From: Auanema rhodensis
Taxonomy: Eukaryota > Animalia > Nematoda
Length of the DNA stretch: 64,000 nucleotides
Direction of reading: 5' to 3'
Assembly (NCBI GenBank): GCA_964057225.1
Contig: OZ059894.1
Location: 10,478,001 to 10,542,000, forward strand
The notes under the pieces are model-generated. The model did not search any database. It saw only the letters and a list, made by a program, of their open reading frames with translations, and had not been told where the DNA came from. Positions 58,610-64,000 of this stretch are shown here, piece by piece. Positions within the stretch are counted from its first letter, which is position 1. Each line of letters starts with the position of its first letter. The translations under genes were made by a program, and so were the position numbers.

Positions 58610-58649
58610 TGTGTCGTGAATTCTTATGTGTCGTGAATTCTTATGTGTC
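58610..58649 (+). repeat. 17-bp tandem repeat x2.3 (TGTGTCGTGAATTCTTA) downstream of the collagen stop
   Basis: Read directly. Confidence 0.9.
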
Positions 58650-58921
58650 AACAGTGAAATAAACAGTCAGCAACAATTTCTTCTTTAATTTTCCAATATT
58701 ATTTTAATAATTTGAAATTTTTTTTATTTTCAAATACTCAACCGTGAAGTACGTGTAATTCAAAAAAAGTAATATAATTCACTCTACAGTGCGTACGCTT
58801 ACGTGGAAAATTTGAATAAAAATATGTTAACTATATGCTAATTAGAGAAATTTTTAAAAAAATGAAATAAAATCTTTATTATAAATATAAATAATAATAA
58901 CAATATATACATATACTTTTT

Positions 58922-61900
58922 TCAATAATAATAAATAACATTTAAAGCAAATGTCTCTTCTTGTTGGCCTGTCTCTGAGTTGTGAATGAAAATCAAAATC
59001 TGAAAACATTTTCTAGTCAGCAAGTTTTAGTTTGAGCTTAAAGCTTTAACGTGTAGTGACAAACCTCAATTGTAATTGGTCGTGAAATCACATTGTGAAA
59101 GTGAACAACAAGAGGATGCGATTGATTCGGCTGAATCGTCAAGTTATCTGTTTCAGGAGTCACTAGATCAGGTCTTGAGCAGGAAATTTGAAATATTCGC
59201 GGAATACTATATGAGTTATATATGGGAAGTCTCTTAAAAGATTTAGAATGGAATAGAAGTATTAACACTTCAAACCTTTGATATCAACTTCTTCTCATTC
59301 AAATCAATTTTAACATCAAATCGTTTAGTAATGATTGGAGGTTCAGATTTTGAATGAACAATCCATGAATGAAGAAGATTTCTAGAAGATGTATCAACTG
59401 CTGTAACAACATGAATTCTTCTTCCTAAAATTAAAAATTAAAAATTTTATAATTTATCATTGTGATGCATACCTTGATAATCTGGATTATATGTCATTGG
59501 TAATTGAACAACCTCATTACTTGTAAGATAAGGTTGTTCACTAACTGGCCGTAAACTACGAGCATTTGAGAAAACTTGAATCAATTGATTTGATGTATCA
59601 GACCTTAAATTTATATATTTTTAAATATATTAATATAAATAAAGAACAATATATTGTATTATTATATATATTTAGTTGCTAAACTTGTTATTTATTTTTT
59701 CTAAAGTTAATTTGAAAATAAAAAGCAACAAAATTGTTTGTAAATGAGACTTGCTCGTCAAGATGGCCAGGTGTTAGTAATTCCTAACAGCATCTGAATC
59801 TCTTTTGTTTCTTCTCTAATCTCTCTATATATTGCATGCTATCCTTCTATTTTTTATATTTTTGTGAACTTTTCTTAAGTTTTTCAAGAAAATCAGTTGC
59901 TGGCCAGTTGGCATGCGTTTGATTATTGCCTGAAGCGCCTGCCACCAGCCTTCTTCCCGCCTACCTCAGAATCTAGTGAAGCGATACTCATTCTAGGCTT
60001 CACGCTAGCTAGAATGAGGTTTGTTTTCAAATTTTATTTTAAAAAATTAAATATTATTCTTTTATTCTTTTATAATTCCCTTAAGAGTTATAATAAAAAT
60101 AATTTGATTTTGAAGCTGATATGATCACTCAAAGTACATTATTACATCGAGCATGTGTTTGCTAACTATCATCTCTGATATCTTTAAAGCTTATTTCTAA
60201 ATTCGATCTTGATGAAAACAAATCTTTATACATCTTATTAGAAACTTAAGTTTAACAAATTGAAACTTAAGTTCAATGAAAGAAGATTATGGATACGTTT
60301 GTGTAGGTGGAAAGCTGTTGTTCATATATCTTTCTCTTCTTCACATTAACAAATAAACATCTGTTGATCATTGAAATCTTAACTTATCTTATAAAATTTT
60401 CTTCTTTCAATTCAAAAAATTATTTTCTTTCTGGCAAAGTCCAGATAACATTAGACAAATTGATCATTTTCTGCTTTTCAGTTATTCAGACATGACCGAT
60501 TATACCCTCAGACGAACTCGGAGTGTGGTTGCTCCACGCTCCAGATCATTGGATCGTCCACGTCTGATGGTAAGTTTCATTCTTTTTTTCATCAAATGAA
60601 TTGTTTTTTTTTTACAAAAAAAAATGAGTTGAATAAAGAAAACAGCTGAAGGAACTTGAGATCATAATGTTCTCAAAGCCAATCATTCATAGCTTTTTAC
60701 TTATATATTACACTTTGTTTCCAGCAGACGCCTCCGTAAAATGAGAAAAAAAGTGAACATCATGTGATTGTTTGTTGTTTAAATTGAAAATGATAAAACA
60801 AAATTCTTAACTATATGCAATATAACTCTTAACTTATGCTTTGCAGGTCACTCGTACTGCTTCAGTCCCTGATTTGACTGGCTACTTCAGACACAGCGAT
60901 AAGTACAAGCCACAATTTCACACTGTTTACCAAACGACTCCATATCGCTGGCGTCGTGATTGGGACTTGGTTAGTTATATGATATAGATTAATGTTAAAT
61001 TCAATTTATAGTATGATGACTATTGGTATGATCGTTACTACTACTTCTCTCCACTCTACACGTCTTATATGTATCCTAAGAGACGTTATTACTACAGGTA
61101 TTGATATGAGCTTCACTTCGTCAGTATCTTCTCAACTTTCCAGCGACTACTTGCCAAACCCTTACTACTGGAGCCCAACTTCTAGCTACTGGACCCGTTA
61201 CAAGGGATATTGGTAATCAAATTGTGTTAAGTTTAAATATAATTTGTGAGTTACAGGTATGACTACGATTACCCAAGCTCTTACCGCCGCACCACCAACA
61301 GTGCTTTCAACAGATACTTGAACAGTACCTACACCCCATACAGGTTTATTGAGCTTTCCATATAATCAATCATCTGTTATTTCATTTAAGATCTTACTTA
61401 ATGGATTCTCTTTCAACATCTCTCGGACGTGGATTATCCATGTATAAGGCTGGTAGGGTGTTCAACTAACATATTTTACAAAACATGTAAACAAGCAAGC
61501 TATTTAGTTGAAAATAATAAACAAAATAGATTTTTCTGTTCGTGAACATAGATAACTATATATCCTCAATAACATAGAACAGTTTTTTAGTTCAAAAATT
61601 GAAAAAAAAAGTTTTAAATTCTAATTTACAGCCAGCAATCTATGGTACTACTAATCCATTCTCGCCTCTTTATCTATATCGCTAAATGTTTTATAAAATT
61701 GCATTTTAGGTTTGTTTGTTTTTTAAAAACCAAAAAAATGAAAAAAATGAACAGAAAAATCTATTTTTGTATCAAAAAATTTTGAAAAAAAAAAACTTTT
61801 TTAAATAATCTTTATAGTTATTAAAAATATTTATTTAAGGCTTGATACCTTATCGTACTCTCGATACTTACTGGCTAACCCCAAGCTATTGGGATCGTCG

Positions 61901-63002
61901 TTTCAAAGATTGGAGAGAGCTTTACTGTAGTACAAAGGATACTTATCTTCCAACAACTTATGATAGAAAAGTTAGATCATACTTCGCTACATGGTCAGCT
62001 TAGAAAATGCTTTACACGATCGAAAATGATTCAATTTTCTCTTTAAATATTCATAATACATCTAATTCATTCAATTAGATAAATGAGTAACTAGAGAAAT
62101 TAGTCATATTGTAAAATATAAAATAAATTCTTAACTATATAACTAACCTTCTTATAGTTAAAGACAGTTTAACAGCTTGACCTAATGTTGAATGAATATC
62201 TTTTCGTTCTAATGAATGTACAACAATTCTCCAAATTGAAAGAAGTCTAAGAAAAGTCTCATAATATGAAAATTAAAATTAATTATAATACCTATACATA
62301 TGTGAATCTCCATATAGTATAATTGGAATTACACGACTGCTACCAGGTTCACCACAGAATGCCTAACCAATAGAATAATTATTATAATAAACTTATGTGA
62401 TAAGCATACGCTGATAACAAGTTCTTGCTCAACTCCACGGTTTCTAAGAGCTACTTTAACTGTTGGATCTACTGATCGTAAAGCTAATACACGACGATTT
62501 CCTTTCAAACCAGAAATTAATAAATTTCTTTGAAATTGTGTTGCAGATTCAGAATAGAATCGAATTGTTTGATGAACACACGACGGACGTTGATCCAATC
62601 GTAAATCTAATATCGACACTGGCTCTCCGTTATCCCAACGACGGAATAACACCTGAAATCAAATATTAGAATATACGTGAAACATCTGCAATAGTCAATC
62701 ATTTTCCATTTTTGTTTGAATTTCATAGAAAGAGCCCTTGTTTCATGTTCAAACTTACTTTTGTTTCATTTACATCATCATGTTTACTAATATTGAAATG
62801 TTCGTATAGAAATGGAACGTATATTGACTCCATTGGCTTCAGAAAAACCTGAAAATTTGAAAAATGAATGGAATTTTTCAATTTTTAATGAAGTGATTGG
62901 CAAAGTAAATCCGAAACAGTTGGTCTTTTAAATAGAAAAAGAAAGAATAGCTCAAGGAACGTGCGTAGGCATCAAACAACGTGCTTCCGTGGCGCAATAG
63001 GC

Positions 63003-63038
<36 letters not shown>

Positions 63039-64000
63039 GAGCCCACCCGGGAGCGAAATCTTTTGCATTTTGACATTACCTCGAAATTTCCATTTTTACT
63101 TGCATGAAACATATTTTTCTCCAACGGAGTTGTCAAAGAGTTTTGTTTCTTATAGAAAGACCATTCTTCCTCATCTATCACCACTCTACAATAACAAGTT
63201 TAACGAAGTTGACTTGGAAAATCAAACTTTAGTCCAGGATGATCAATGATTATAACACAATTGATAGGATCAGGGAATGTATTTTGAAGTAAATATTCAA
63301 AGAAATGACTTTCTCCTAAACTGACAACAAGATGATGTTGTAATGTTATACCTGTTAAATGAAATTAATTTTTAAACATAAAAGAAAAACTTTAAAATTA
63401 CCTTGAAAAACTGCTTGAAGAAGTTTAGCTGCTTTACTTTCATTTCTCAATTTTCGATATGCTTCTAATTGTTCATCAAAAATAAATTTTTTGAACATTT
63501 GCTGAAAGAAAAGACTAAATTAAAGTTTTGGAATAAGTTGAAAATACTTTCTGAGCTGTTAAAGGTATTGCTGATTTCAATCTCTCCCATTCACGTAAAC
63601 GATCGTGCATATCTTCATTAAAGATATTCTCATAACGTTGCTGTATATCCAACCTAATATCAATGAATTAAAGAAAATATTTGAAATTACAAAGAACCTT
63701 TGTGCATGCATAAAGCGTTGTAAAGCATCTTGATGTATAGGATTTAATGGTTTTGCCAATATTCGATAAGTATCCACAGATTCTTCACCGATTCTTCGTA
63801 ACCTTCTAGTAACTAGAGCCGTTGTTCGGCTATAAACCATGTCTAAACAAGTGCACAAGTAGAATTCAATCAAGAACATCAACAATCAAGTTTTATGTTT
63901 CTAACGATTAAGCAATAAAAATCATTTTTGACATGTTATATTTGCTTAAGAAACGCGCAGATTATATGTGAAACAAACTATATTTTGCCCCAATATGATG
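58922..64000 (-). CDS. nphp-4: Nephrocystin-4, 3' part (continues beyond window)
   Basis: VHQTIRFY..., RRIHVVTAVD, NSYSIPRIFQISCSRPDLV, C-terminal ILIFIHNSETGQQEETFALNVIYYY*. Confidence 0.88.
60014..62003 (+). CDS. Tyr/Trp/Arg-rich protein gene nested antisense in nphp-4 intron 59604-62147
   Basis: Eight in-frame exons: MS|YSDMTDYTLRRTRS..VTRTASVPDL..YDDYWYDRYYYFSPLY..YLPNPYYW..WSA*; alternative start at ATG 60492. Confidence 0.85.
62983..63055 (+). tRNA. tRNA-Asn(GTT), antisense within an nphp-4 intron
   Basis: Acceptor stem GCTTCCG/CGGGAGC, anticodon arm TTCGG-CTGTTAA-CCGAA, T-loop GTTCGA. Confidence 0.97.

Noticed and set aside
58610-58649. Short direct repeats as CRISPR-like
   Set aside because: No spacers; simple tandem duplication in a eukaryotic genome
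60657-60680. TGAGATCA, a mir-58/80/bantam-like seed
   Set aside because: No pre-miRNA hairpin with a star arm

Overview
AT-rich, intron-dense eukaryotic DNA from a rhabditid (clade V) nematode. The supplied ORFs are exon fragments, so I assembled genes by hand across introns of about 40-55 nt; exon boundaries are inferred, not transcript-verified. About 24 protein genes in order: SLC22-like transporter (partial); a minus-strand head-to-tail cluster (TANGO2, C2H2 zinc finger, gamma-SNAP, NOVA, C8orf76-like, COA4, IST1); an orphan; an F-box protein; a lipase; the DM-domain male regulator mab-23; two aspartic proteases; a small membrane protein; a plus-strand operon-like cluster (DRAP1, POLD1, EDEM2, DARS2); GGT; gcy-33; a cuticle collagen; and the 3' part of nphp-4, which hosts an antisense nested Tyr-rich gene and tRNA-Asn. 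tRNA-Pro lies upstream of gcy-33. Main observations: (1) a 1282-bp near-perfect duplication of the 3' half of mab-23 brackets one aspartic protease gene; (2) a putative H-type pseudoknot buries the predicted start codon of the nested gene; (3) splice signals are relaxed, with four GC-AG introns, a GAG acceptor and many AAG acceptors; (4) a candidate microexon lies beside the GGT autocleavage site; (5) NOVA has only two KH domains and YCAY clusters in its own 3' UTR. No transposase, CRISPR array or rRNA was seen.
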